From positions 1 through 24,042 of the forward strand of contig JBDHHQ010000067.1 of the NCBI GenBank assembly GCA_039589315.1: a DNA stretch of 24,042 bases, given 5' to 3'. The number at the start of each line of letters is the position of its first letter. Position 1 is the first letter of the stretch. Positions 7,957-16,519 of this stretch are shown one piece after another. This DNA is from Gemmatimonadota bacterium. Lineage in GTDB: Bacteria; Gemmatimonadota; Gemmatimonadetes; Longimicrobiales; Gaopeijiaceae. The notes beneath the pieces were generated by a model. That model made no database searches, was not told where the DNA came from, and worked only from the letters and a program-made list of their open reading frames with translations. The translations under genes were made by a program, and so were the position numbers.

Positions 7957-8725
7957 GCGACCCGTCCATGCCATCGAAACCCGGGACCTGAACCTCTGGT
8001 ACGGGGATTTCCAGGCGCTGTTCGACGTGAACCTGCGAGCCAAGCGAGGCATCATCACGTCGATGATCGGCCCGTCCGGCTGCGGCAAGTCCACCCTGCT
8101 TCGGAGCGTCAACCGGATCGTGGAGCGCCTCGGCTACGTCCGCACGACGGGGAGCATCGAGGTGCTGGGCCACGACATCCACGGCCCCGCCGTGGACCTG
8201 GTCCAGGTCCGCAAGCAGATCGGCATGGTGTTCCAACGACCGAATCCCCTGCCCCTCTCCATCCGGGACAACATCACCTTCGGCTACCGGGTGCACTCGG
8301 GGAAGCGTCTGCTGGCCAAGGGAGAGCGGGACGAGATCGTCGAAGGCGCGCTCAAGCAGGTGCTGCTCTGGGATGAGGTCAAGGACCGGCTGGACGGTCC
8401 TGCGACGGGCCTCTCTCTGGAGGCCCAGCAGAAGCTGTGCATCGCGCGCCTGCTGCCCGTCAAGCCCACGGTTCTCCTCATGGACGAGCCCTGCTCGGCC
8501 CTCGACCCGAAGGGTACAGAGGCCGTGGAAGAGCTGATCTGGGAGCTCCGGGGTGAATACACCATCATCCTCGTCACGCATAACATGGCCCAGGCGCGGC
8601 GCGCCAGTGACGAATGCGTGTTCATGCTCCTGGGCAAGCTCATCGAGCACGAGCGTACCGAGGACCTGTTCCTCACCCCCAAGAACCAGCAGACCGCCGA
8701 CTACATCGAGGGACGCTACGGCTGA
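7949..8725 (+). CDS. pstB: Phosphate ABC transporter ATPase, second copy (degenerate signature motif)
   Basis: Probable TTG start at 7949 overlapping the previous stop, GGAGG 6 nt upstream. GPSGCGKST, VFQRPNPLP, LWDEVKDRL, LLMDEPCSALDP, VTHNMAQA and TADYIEGRYG. Confidence 0.92.
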   Translation: MAERPVHAIETRDLNLWYGDFQALFDVNLRAKRGIITSMIGPSGCGKSTLLRSVNRIVERLGYVRTTGSIEVLGHDIHGPAVDLVQVRKQIGMVFQRPNPLPLSIRDNITFGYRVHSGKRLLAKGERDEIVEGALKQVLLWDEVKDRLDGPATGLSLEAQQKLCIARLLPVKPTVLLMDEPCSALDPKGTEAVEELIWELRGEYTIILVTHNMAQARRASDECVFMLLGKLIEHERTEDLFLTPKNQQTADYIEGRYG

Positions 8726-8822
8726 TCGAGCCGATCGTCGACTCCGCCAAGTGACCCACGGCTGAGCCAGCCATCACTCGATTACGGCGAGGAACGCCGC
8801 CGGCTGAGGATGTTCGGCTATC

Positions 8823-9296
8823 TCAGCGTGGCACCAACCCGCTCACGCCCGAGCCAGCGCCCTGCCCACTGCCGGCGCCACCCCCCACGTTGTCCCGGTT
8901 GAAGAGCGCGAGGAAGAGCCCTCCCACCACCAGGCCGCCGCCGGCAATCAACGCCGCCGTCCGGCCTCTGTGGACCTTCTGCTCCTGAACCTGGGCGATG
9001 CTGACCGTGGCGATGCCCACGGGCTCACCGAGGGTCCGGTTCCTGGATCCCCGCTCCGAAACCACCCAGTTGCTGGAGACCAGCACGCTGTCGGGCGACC
9101 AGGACAGAACGGGACCCTCGACGCTGACGATATCGCGCAGCGCCGCTTCCGAGAAGTCCACCGTCTGCGGCTCCTCCAGCTCGAGCCGCACGGCAGTGCC
9201 CGGTGTCGGCGTTCCTGCCTCCGGCGCCGCGTAGTAGTGACACCCGACCGTGGCAAATAGAGACCCCGCCAGAATCGATCGTATCCATGAGCGCAT
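8823..9296 (-). CDS. Hypothetical lipoprotein with C-terminal hydrophobic helix and Gly-rich tail
   Basis: ATG at 9296 with GGAGG upstream. MRSWIRSILAGSLFATVGC is a lipoprotein-type signal. TAALIAGGGLVVGGLFLALF is hydrophobic. Confidence 0.75.
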   Translation of the reverse strand: MRSWIRSILAGSLFATVGCHYYAAPEAGTPTPGTAVRLELEEPQTVDFSEAALRDIVSVEGPVLSWSPDSVLVSSNWVVSERGSRNRTLGEPVGIATVSIAQVQEQKVHRGRTAALIAGGGLVVGGLFLALFNRDNVGGGAGSGQGAGSGVSGLVPR

Positions 9297-9363
9297 TCGC
9301 CCCCTCCCCCCTTCCTGGCCGGTTTCTTCCCCTTCCAGGGCGATCCCGGCCGACTGTCCGTTC

Positions 9364-9412
9364 ATGAAAGAGACCCCGCCGGGCCCCGGAGCTCGGGGCC
9401 CGACGAAGCCTC
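9364..9412 (-). terminator. Rho-independent terminator after the susD-like gene
   Basis: Perfect 9-bp core (9380-9388 / 9394-9402) extends to 19 bp with G-U pairs on the - strand (9370-9412). It is followed by a short TTTCAT tract. Confidence 0.7.
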
Positions 9413-9460
9413 GTCCGTACCGAAGCCCACGTCGGGACTACGGACCGGACGACCGCCCCC

Positions 9461-10849
9461 TCAAGGGCAGCTGCCCGGATCGATGATGCATGTATTGGAC
9501 TGCCGCTCCCCCGCCGAGATGGGGAAGATGGTCCCCGGCACCTGGACGGCGATGGAGGCGTCGTCCCAGTTGTCCGAGGTCTCGCCGAATCGGTAGATGT
9601 CGTTCAGGCGGCGGCCCGTCAGGTACAGGTTGGCCTGCCTCGCGTAGACCAGGAGCTCCTGCGCGGTGATCTCATGTACAGCAGGATCGTACGGTGTCAG
9701 CCCGTCCAACGACCGCAGCGCGTTCAGGGCGAGCACCGCGCCGGCCTCGTCGCCGTCGGCCAGACGGGACTCGGCGATGATCAGGAGCATCTCACGGGTC
9801 GAAGTGAGCGTGAGGTTGGGATACTGCCCCCCGGCCTCGACCCGGTCCATGATGGCGTCGGCCGCCGGGTCGGGAACGCCGTCTATGGGGTCGGCGAGCA
9901 GTGTCTCCGCACGGCGCTTGTTATCCGCGGTCGGCACGATGTAGCGGTCGCCGAAGCGGTGCTCCAGACGCTGGTTCACCTGCCATCCCAGATCCATCCA
10001 TACCGTCTGAGCGCTGTACGCGAGCTCCCAGCGGACGTCCCGGGGAATCGCCACGCTGGCCCCCACACCCTGGAGAGCCGTGATCGCGTCTGCCTCTGCC
10101 CCGCTGGACGGACCCACGAGAGGATCGGACGGCACCGAGCCCGCGGGATTCAGCATTTGCCACACGGCCTTGCCGTGCTTCGTCCGAGCCCGTTGCGCCA
10201 TGATCTGGGTGGCGAGGCCGTTGGCGCCCTCGGATTCCGCCACGGCCAGGCTCCGATCCAGGTAGTCGAGGGCCTGGTCGAAGACCTGGTCCATGTTGTC
10301 CTGGCCCAACGGCGGTGAGCTCTGGGACCGGTCGCTGAACGCGAAGTCGTCGAGCCAGTCGCCGACATAGGTATAGGCGACCCCGCCGAAGTAGAGGGCC
10401 CGAGCCAAGTCCAGTCGATCGACGATCGTGCCCTCGCTGTCCTGCAGGGACAGGATGCGAATCGCCTCGTCGGCCATCCAGCGGCCTTCTCCCAGCCAGT
10501 TGAAGGCGAAGTCGGTGAACTCGTTGAAGGGGTTATTTACGTTGCCCCGGTTCATCTCTCCCCAGGCGTCTCGGGAGCCGATCCACTCCAGCTCGTCCGA
10601 GGCTGTCAGGGCCGGTACGACGTAGTATCCCAGACCCCGGGCGAGCGTCGCCTCGGCCCCGTTGGCCAGGGAAGTGCCCGCAGCGGGGTTCTCCAGATCG
10701 TCCGCAAGCAGGCTGTTCGGGTTCTCGACGTCCAGGACGTCACAGGCTCCCAATGCCCCGGCAGTCACCAGGGCAAGGGCAGACCAACGCCAGGCTCGTG
10801 CGTTCGCGAGCCCGGGCCTAGGCGCCTTGGCGCCATGCTCGTTCAACAT
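9461..10849 (-). CDS. SusD/RagB-like nutrient-binding outer-membrane lipoprotein
   Basis: ATG at 10849 with GAGGGAG upstream. Lipobox LGAC followed by DVLDVENPN. SDEL, EMLLIIAESRL, LNALR and LYLTGRRLNDIYRF motifs. Directly downstream of the SusC-like gene. Confidence 0.88.
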   Translation of the reverse strand: MLNEHGAKAPRPGLANARAWRWSALALVTAGALGACDVLDVENPNSLLADDLENPAAGTSLANGAEATLARGLGYYVVPALTASDELEWIGSRDAWGEMNRGNVNNPFNEFTDFAFNWLGEGRWMADEAIRILSLQDSEGTIVDRLDLARALYFGGVAYTYVGDWLDDFAFSDRSQSSPPLGQDNMDQVFDQALDYLDRSLAVAESEGANGLATQIMAQRARTKHGKAVWQMLNPAGSVPSDPLVGPSSGAEADAITALQGVGASVAIPRDVRWELAYSAQTVWMDLGWQVNQRLEHRFGDRYIVPTADNKRRAETLLADPIDGVPDPAADAIMDRVEAGGQYPNLTLTSTREMLLIIAESRLADGDEAGAVLALNALRSLDGLTPYDPAVHEITAQELLVYARQANLYLTGRRLNDIYRFGETSDNWDDASIAVQVPGTIFPISAGERQSNTCIIDPGSCP

Positions 10850-10878
10850 CGTTCGATCTCCCTCGCTCGAGATACGCA

Positions 10879-13800
10879 TCAGAACCGGAGCCGGGCCGAA
10901 ACCGTCCACCGCGTCGGCAGTGGCAGCGGGAAGGCCTCGGTGCCCAGCAAGAAGTTGTTGTCCTGCGCCGCGGTCGCTCCGCCGCCCCGGCCGATGGCGT
11001 TGGCCTCCGGATCGACGCCGGAGTAGCCGGACCAGAGCCGCAGGTTGCGGCCGGTCACGGTCAGACTGAGACCGTCGATGCCCGATGTGGCGAAGAGCCT
11101 GGAAGGCAGATCATACGTGAGCGACAGCTCCCGCCACCGGACCCAGTCCGCGCTCTCGATGGAGTTCAGGCCGGACTGGGGAGCGAGCGCCACCAGGTCG
11201 AACATCCAGGTCTTCAGAGCGTCCAGGCGCTGCTCGGCCGTGCTGGCTTCGTTGAGCATCGTGGACTCCACCTCGGCGGTCTCCCGGATGTTGCGCCCGA
11301 TGGCGGGGTTGGCCTGACGGAAGGCGTCCGTGAGGTTCAGGATCTGAAAGTTCCCGGCCTTGTACTCGAACATGGTCGAGAGGCTGAAGTTGGTGAGGAA
11401 GCTGAGGTTGAGACCGACCGCTCCTTGCCAGTCGGGTGAAGGCTTGCCCAGGAAGTGGTCCAGGACGTCCTCGTCGCCGTCGTCATCGGCCAGCAGTAGC
11501 GTCGGGAACTGGGCTCGCCCAACGTCGAAGGGTTGGTCCAGCTCGGCGAGCACTGCCTCTTCCGAATCCGGCAGTCCGTCGCCGTCCAGGTCGATGGGCA
11601 GGAAGCCGGGATCGGTGTCGGCAAGCTTGGCGCCGAAGAACGCTCCCGGAGCAGCCCCTTCCTGGATGAAGTTCCGGTACCGTGTGTAGCTCCCCCCGCT
11701 CTTGATGTCGGGGGCGCCGCCCATGTCGGTCACGACCTCGCTGAGGTACGAGGCGTTGGCGAAGAGGTCGATGGACAGATCCGCGCTCTCGTACACGATG
11801 GCGTTGGCTGTCAGCTCCACGCCTTCGGCGTCGATCTGGCCGATGTTGTCGAGCTGGGGATTGACGAAGCCACCCGTGAGCGGGAACTGCCTGGCTACCA
11901 GCGCGTCCTTCACGGTCCGGTTCCAGTACGTGGCCTGGAGACCCAGGCGGTCCTGGAAGAATCCGAGCTCCGCACCGGCCTCCCACTCAGTGGCCACCTC
12001 GGGTCTGAGCTGGTCGTTGCCCAGGTTGTTGGGCGCCACCCCCGCCCCTGACTGGGAGCTGAGCGACTGGAAGGTCGTGAACTTGTCGAAGGCGCCTGGC
12101 TGCAGCCCCGACTGGCCGATGGCGCCCCGGAGCCGGAAGGAGGAGAGCGTGCTGCTGGTCCAGTTGCCCAGGCTGCTGGGAACGATGGAGAGGCTGGCCT
12201 TGGGGTAGAACTCCCCGGTCTCCGTCTCTCCGAACGCGCTGTTGAAGTCCAGCCGCCCGCCGACCGTCAGGAACGCCCAGTCATCGTAGCCGAGCTGCTC
12301 CTGGATGAACCACCCGGCGTTCACGACCTGCCGGAAGCCCTCGTTGATGGTCAGCGTGGCGCCGGCGCCCACGACCTCGAAGCCGGGCCCGGGAAAGATG
12401 TCGCCCGAACCCCACTTCTCGTCCACCTGATCGAGGAAGCCCTGGCCGCCCATTGTGAGAGTCGAGGTCCATACGTCGGCGAACGCGGTGTTCCACACGC
12501 CCTTCAGGTCGAGCGTGATCTGCTTGGCGTTCCGGTCGTTCACGAACCGCTCGCCGTCAGGGCTGTCACCCACGACGCCGTCCAGGTCGTAGCCGAAGGG
12601 CTTGAACTCGCTGGAGAGCTGATTGACGAAGTCGATGCCTGCGGTGGCGTCGAAGTTGAGGCCGTTCACCGGCTCCCAGTTGGCGCCCAGGCTCCCCGTG
12701 AAGTGCTGGACGTTCTGCGACGTCTCTACCTGGATCGCCTCCCGGGGCGTGGCAAAGGCGGGAGCTCCGGTCGGGTTCCCCGCGCCTGAGCACTGACGTA
12801 GGCCCGAGATGGACGAGCTGTTGCACTCTGCCAGTTGGGGCTGACTGAACATGTACAATGAGCTCACGCCGAAGATGTTGTTGTTGGTGTTCGGCGTCTC
12901 CTGGTCGACGTCCGAGTAGTTGGTGCTCACTCGGATCCGCAGGTTCTCGTGGGGAAACACGTTGATCGTCGCGGACCCCTGGATCCGTTGGTTCCGGTCC
13001 CGGCCACAGCCCACCTCACAGAACTCACTGGCGCCGAAAGGCCCATCCTCGAACTGATAGCGGCCGCTCAGGAAGTAGGTGATGGCGCTGGTGCCTCCGT
13101 TCAGCGACAGCGACTGCGTCGTGAACTGACCGGTCTCGTAGAGGAAGTCCTCGGTGATGGTGGACTCCAGCACCTCGTACATCTCGAGGTCCGGACGTCC
13201 GAACAGCTCTCGCATGTTCTGCAGCTGTTGGTCGTCCCGGGCGAACCCGGCGTTGGGCTTATAGGCCCCCGACGGGTAGTTCAGCACTCCGAACTCCGAC
13301 GTGAGCGTCCATCGGGGCTCTCCGGAGACGCCGGACTTGGTGAAGATCTGGATGACGCCGTTCGACGCCTCGGAGCCGTACAGGGTCGCAGCGGCGGGCC
13401 CCTTGAGCACCTCGATCCGATCGATGGCGTCGGGGTTCAGGTCGTCCAGTCGCGACGGCGACCCGCCGCCGCCTGCCCCGACGCCGTCATTGGCGAGGCC
13501 GGTAGAGAGCACCTGTAGCTCTCCGAATCCACCGGATCGATCCACCCGGACGCCGTCTACGTAGATGATGGGCTCGTTGGACTGGGACAGGCTCGCCGAG
13601 CCCCGGATCCTGATGCGGGCACCCTCGCCCGTGAGCCCGCCGGACGGGAGGCCCACGAGGCCGGGCTCCCGGCCGGTGAGGATCTCGGACACCGTAGAGA
13701 CGGCGGCATGCTCCAGATCGCGCGAGTCGATGGTGGCGATGGTGTTGCCGAGCTTCCGGACTTCAGTCTGCTGTCCGGCCCCGGTGACCACGATCTGGTC

Positions 13801-14169
13801 GAGGGCGATGGCCGTCTGGGACATCGTGACGTCCGCGATGGCGGTCTCGCCGGCCGTCACCGTGATTGTGGTGATCACCGACCGATAGCCGACGAGCTCG
13901 GCTCGCAGGTCGATGTCACCGGCAGGGACGTTGAGGAGCAGGAAGCGACCTGCCTCGTTCGAGAGCGTCCCGATGCCCGTTCCCTCGACGTAGACCTGGA
14001 CGGACGGCAGCGCCCGTCCGGTCCCCGCGTCGGAGATAGCCCCGGCAACCGTCCCTCCCTGCTGGGCCGCCGTCGGCTGGGCCGAAGACGCCAGCACTGT
14101 GGCCACGAGTGCTGCCAGTACCGGACGGACCGGTCCCGGGACCCACGATACGAACCGTGGAAACTTCAT
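10879..14169 (-). CDS. SusC/RagA-like TonB-dependent outer-membrane transporter (1096 aa)
   Basis: ATG at 14169 with GAGGAGG RBS. Signal peptide, carboxypeptidase-regulatory-like N-terminal domain, TonB box LDQIVVTG. Plug motifs EPIIYVDGV and LNPDAIDRIEVLKGPAAATLYGSEASNGVIQIFTK. GRNL...YSGVDPE and terminal Phe. Confidence 0.95.
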   Translation of the reverse strand: MKFPRFVSWVPGPVRPVLAALVATVLASSAQPTAAQQGGTVAGAISDAGTGRALPSVQVYVEGTGIGTLSNEAGRFLLLNVPAGDIDLRAELVGYRSVITTITVTAGETAIADVTMSQTAIALDQIVVTGAGQQTEVRKLGNTIATIDSRDLEHAAVSTVSEILTGREPGLVGLPSGGLTGEGARIRIRGSASLSQSNEPIIYVDGVRVDRSGGFGELQVLSTGLANDGVGAGGGGSPSRLDDLNPDAIDRIEVLKGPAAATLYGSEASNGVIQIFTKSGVSGEPRWTLTSEFGVLNYPSGAYKPNAGFARDDQQLQNMRELFGRPDLEMYEVLESTITEDFLYETGQFTTQSLSLNGGTSAITYFLSGRYQFEDGPFGASEFCEVGCGRDRNQRIQGSATINVFPHENLRIRVSTNYSDVDQETPNTNNNIFGVSSLYMFSQPQLAECNSSSISGLRQCSGAGNPTGAPAFATPREAIQVETSQNVQHFTGSLGANWEPVNGLNFDATAGIDFVNQLSSEFKPFGYDLDGVVGDSPDGERFVNDRNAKQITLDLKGVWNTAFADVWTSTLTMGGQGFLDQVDEKWGSGDIFPGPGFEVVGAGATLTINEGFRQVVNAGWFIQEQLGYDDWAFLTVGGRLDFNSAFGETETGEFYPKASLSIVPSSLGNWTSSTLSSFRLRGAIGQSGLQPGAFDKFTTFQSLSSQSGAGVAPNNLGNDQLRPEVATEWEAGAELGFFQDRLGLQATYWNRTVKDALVARQFPLTGGFVNPQLDNIGQIDAEGVELTANAIVYESADLSIDLFANASYLSEVVTDMGGAPDIKSGGSYTRYRNFIQEGAAPGAFFGAKLADTDPGFLPIDLDGDGLPDSEEAVLAELDQPFDVGRAQFPTLLLADDDGDEDVLDHFLGKPSPDWQGAVGLNLSFLTNFSLSTMFEYKAGNFQILNLTDAFRQANPAIGRNIRETAEVESTMLNEASTAEQRLDALKTWMFDLVALAPQSGLNSIESADWVRWRELSLTYDLPSRLFATSGIDGLSLTVTGRNLRLWSGYSGVDPEANAIGRGGGATAAQDNNFLLGTEAFPLPLPTRWTVSARLRF

Positions 14170-14530
14170 GAGCTGATCCTCCTCGAGAGGAAGTGGCTGG
14201 CCCATGGAAGAGGAGGTGTACAGACGCACGCCCGCGCATCGGCCGAAGCCGAATGTGCACAGTCGTACGGGTGGTGTGGGGGGTTGTGGGGGGACTGCCA
14301 CTCAGTGGCGTGCCGTCTACCCGTCGTCCGCCAGTCCTGCTTCCCCTCGCCCCCGTGGCGAGCGGGCCCTGCTGTTCGCCGGCCGGTGCCCCAACGCTCC
14401 GACTCGGCGGGTGCTACGTGTCTACATACGAACCGCCCGGCTGGGCTTACCGGTTCCCGCGACCTCCGGCCTCCAAGGCCGCGGCCACCTGCAATGACGA
14501 GTGGCCGCCCAAACCCGAACCGGTCACTCT
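14170..14530 (-). promoter_or_regulatory. Candidate structured 5' leader of the susC-like gene with anti-SD elements
   Basis: Nested inverted repeats at 14449-14524, further hairpins at 14406-14437, 14346-14362 and 14297-14309. A perfect 7-nt complement (14210-14216) of the SD (14178-14184). Confidence 0.35.
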
Positions 14531-14787
14531 TCCCGTCAGACGGCCCTACCGAGGGAAAGGTTGCAGGGGCACGATCGCGACTCGGATGCGTCCACCGTGG
14601 CGCTCACGAGCTGGAAGCGACACACTGTGGCCGGCCAGGCGCTGCGTGGGCCGCGGTGCGGAACGTGCCCCAGGCCCGAGTCTGCCGGCGTTGGTGGGGC
14701 TCGCGCACCGTCGTCCGAGGTCCCCACCTGGGACCCACCGCCGACCCAGCTCCCCATTACGATGGTCCCTCGAGAATCAGGAGATTG

Positions 14788-16332
14788 ATGACCCGGACCG
14801 GACTACCGCCCGGCGGTCCCGAGACCGCCTCTCCGGCCCGGCACGACGTCCGAGCCTGGCGATGGGCCCTCTCCGTGGTTGGGGTCGGGGTCCTGATACG
14901 GCTGTTCCTGGCGGTGGTCGTCCCCCCCTTCCCGGACGAAACCTACTACTGGGAGTGGTCTCGGCAGCTCGCGGCCGGTTACTTCGATCACCCACCCGCG
15001 GTGGCCGCCCTCATCGGCGCCGGTACCGCCATCCTGGGCCACACCGTCCTGGCTATCCGACTGGGCGCCCTGCTGGCCGGAGCAGTGACGTCCCTGGTGC
15101 TGGTGACCCTCGCAGCCCGACTCGGAGCTGGCGCTTCTGCCCTCCGGGCCGCGGTGACGTTGGCGTGCATGCCGATCGCCGCACCAGGTCTACTACTTGC
15201 CACGCCGGACGCGCCGCTCCTCCTTGGCGCGGCCCTTACCGTCGCCGCCGTTGACCGGGCCCTTCAGCTACCGCCGGGATCTCGGGACGAGACCGCGTGG
15301 TGGCTCCTCGCCGGTGCCGCCGCCGGCGTGGGGTTCATGTCCAAGCTCACGGGCGTGCTGATCCCCTTCGGGATCACCGTTGCGCTCCTGGCTCGGACCG
15401 GTCTGCGCCGGCGCCTCCGGGCACCCGGCCCGTGGCTGGCCGCTCTCGTATCCCTCGCACTCTTCCTTCCCTTCGTCTGCTGGAACGCTCGGCACGGCTG
15501 GATCTCCTTCGGCTTCCAGCTCAGCCACGGACTCGGTTCGGCCGGTGGCTCCGCGCTGCTCCGCGAGTTGGAGCTTCTGGGCAGCCAGATGGGGCTCGTG
15601 TCACCCATCCTCTTCGTCCTGCTGGCAGGGGCGTGCATCGCCGGCCTCCGGGATTCCGACCCCCGGCGTTTCGTGCCCTCTGTGGTCGCATTGACCGTGT
15701 ACGGCTTCTTCACCGTCAGCGCGCTGCGAGCGTCGGCGGAAGCGAACTGGCCGGCCCTGGCCTACGTGCCCGCCGTCCTGGTGCTGGCTACGGCGAACTG
15801 GTCGACCCGGGTCCACCGGTGGTTCGTGGGCGGTGCGGCCCTCGGCGGCGTACTCGTGCTGGCCATCTACGTCCAGGCATTGGTCCCCTGGTTGCCGCTG
15901 GACGTTTCGGCCGATCCCATCACCCGGGCCCACGGGTGGCACGAGATTGGCACCGTGACCCAGACCGAATCGGCGGGCATGCAGAGCGAAGGCTGTTCGG
16001 CAGTCTGGCCGGCCGCGCGAACGTTCCAGCATGCCTCGGAGGTGGCGTTCCACCTACCGGATCAACCGTTCGTCCCGTCCACGAACCTGGCCAGCCGGGC
16101 CAATCAATACGACCTCTGGGACGGGTTCGCCGAGCTGGCCGCTCCCGGAGACTGTCTGGTCCTGTTCGGATCGGAGCCGGGAACCGAGGTGGCCATCCAG
16201 GAGATCACTCCGGTCTTCGCTCGGGTGGTTCGAGGCCCCGTGGTCACCCGCACGAGGGCCGGCCAGGAAGCCGAGCGGATCCACTTCTGGCGCCTCTACG
16301 GCTGGAGCGGCGACCCTGCGCCCTTCCGCTGA
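14788..16332 (+). CDS. GT-C fold membrane glycosyltransferase (ArnT/GT39, PMT_2-like), 514 aa
   Basis: ATG at 14788 with AGGAG RBS. PDETYYWEWSRQLAAGYFDHPP, TPDAPL, GFMSKLT and PFVCWNARHGWISFGFQ motifs, with many TM segments. Confidence 0.9.
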   Translation: MTRTGLPPGGPETASPARHDVRAWRWALSVVGVGVLIRLFLAVVVPPFPDETYYWEWSRQLAAGYFDHPPAVAALIGAGTAILGHTVLAIRLGALLAGAVTSLVLVTLAARLGAGASALRAAVTLACMPIAAPGLLLATPDAPLLLGAALTVAAVDRALQLPPGSRDETAWWLLAGAAAGVGFMSKLTGVLIPFGITVALLARTGLRRRLRAPGPWLAALVSLALFLPFVCWNARHGWISFGFQLSHGLGSAGGSALLRELELLGSQMGLVSPILFVLLAGACIAGLRDSDPRRFVPSVVALTVYGFFTVSALRASAEANWPALAYVPAVLVLATANWSTRVHRWFVGGAALGGVLVLAIYVQALVPWLPLDVSADPITRAHGWHEIGTVTQTESAGMQSEGCSAVWPAARTFQHASEVAFHLPDQPFVPSTNLASRANQYDLWDGFAELAAPGDCLVLFGSEPGTEVAIQEITPVFARVVRGPVVTRTRAGQEAERIHFWRLYGWSGDPAPFR

Positions 16333-16519
16333 GCTGGTGTCGTATCAACGCGATCCTACAGCAGCACCTCACGGCCACCAAGCGGGTGCTGTGCACCCGG
16401 GCGTGGTCGAGGAGCTCACCCGCTCGCTGGAAGCGGTACGCGGGCGACAGGCGGTCCTTGGGTACCGGGCTCCCCTGCGCAGCTCCCAGGAGATCAGCTG
16501 GAGAAGTAGCCGACCCTGG

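Noticed and set aside
2139..8682. Long - strand ORFs opposite the pst operon (e.g. 2139..3212, 3062..4150, 5304..6269, 7898..8650)
   Set aside because: Typical stop-poor antisense frames of high-GC genes. The + strand has clear family motifs and RBSs.
8726..8822. Terminator between pstB2 and the convergent lipoprotein gene
   Set aside because: Only a 5-bp CGGCG/CGCCG stem without a U tract.
14330..14530. Cobalamin, c-di-AMP (ydaO) or ykkC riboswitch upstream of susC
   Set aside because: Only fragments such as GGGAACCGGT, GCCAC and AAGCCC match. The cobalamin GGTGnAAnTCC loop, GCnACTGT and B12 box are missing, and the other families' motifs are not in the right order.
13708..14787. 360-aa N-terminal extension of the glycosyltransferase ORF (874 aa in the track)
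   Set aside because: It overlaps susC antisense, is Arg/Pro/Gly-rich and has no motif. A good RBS and ATG lie at 14779-14790.
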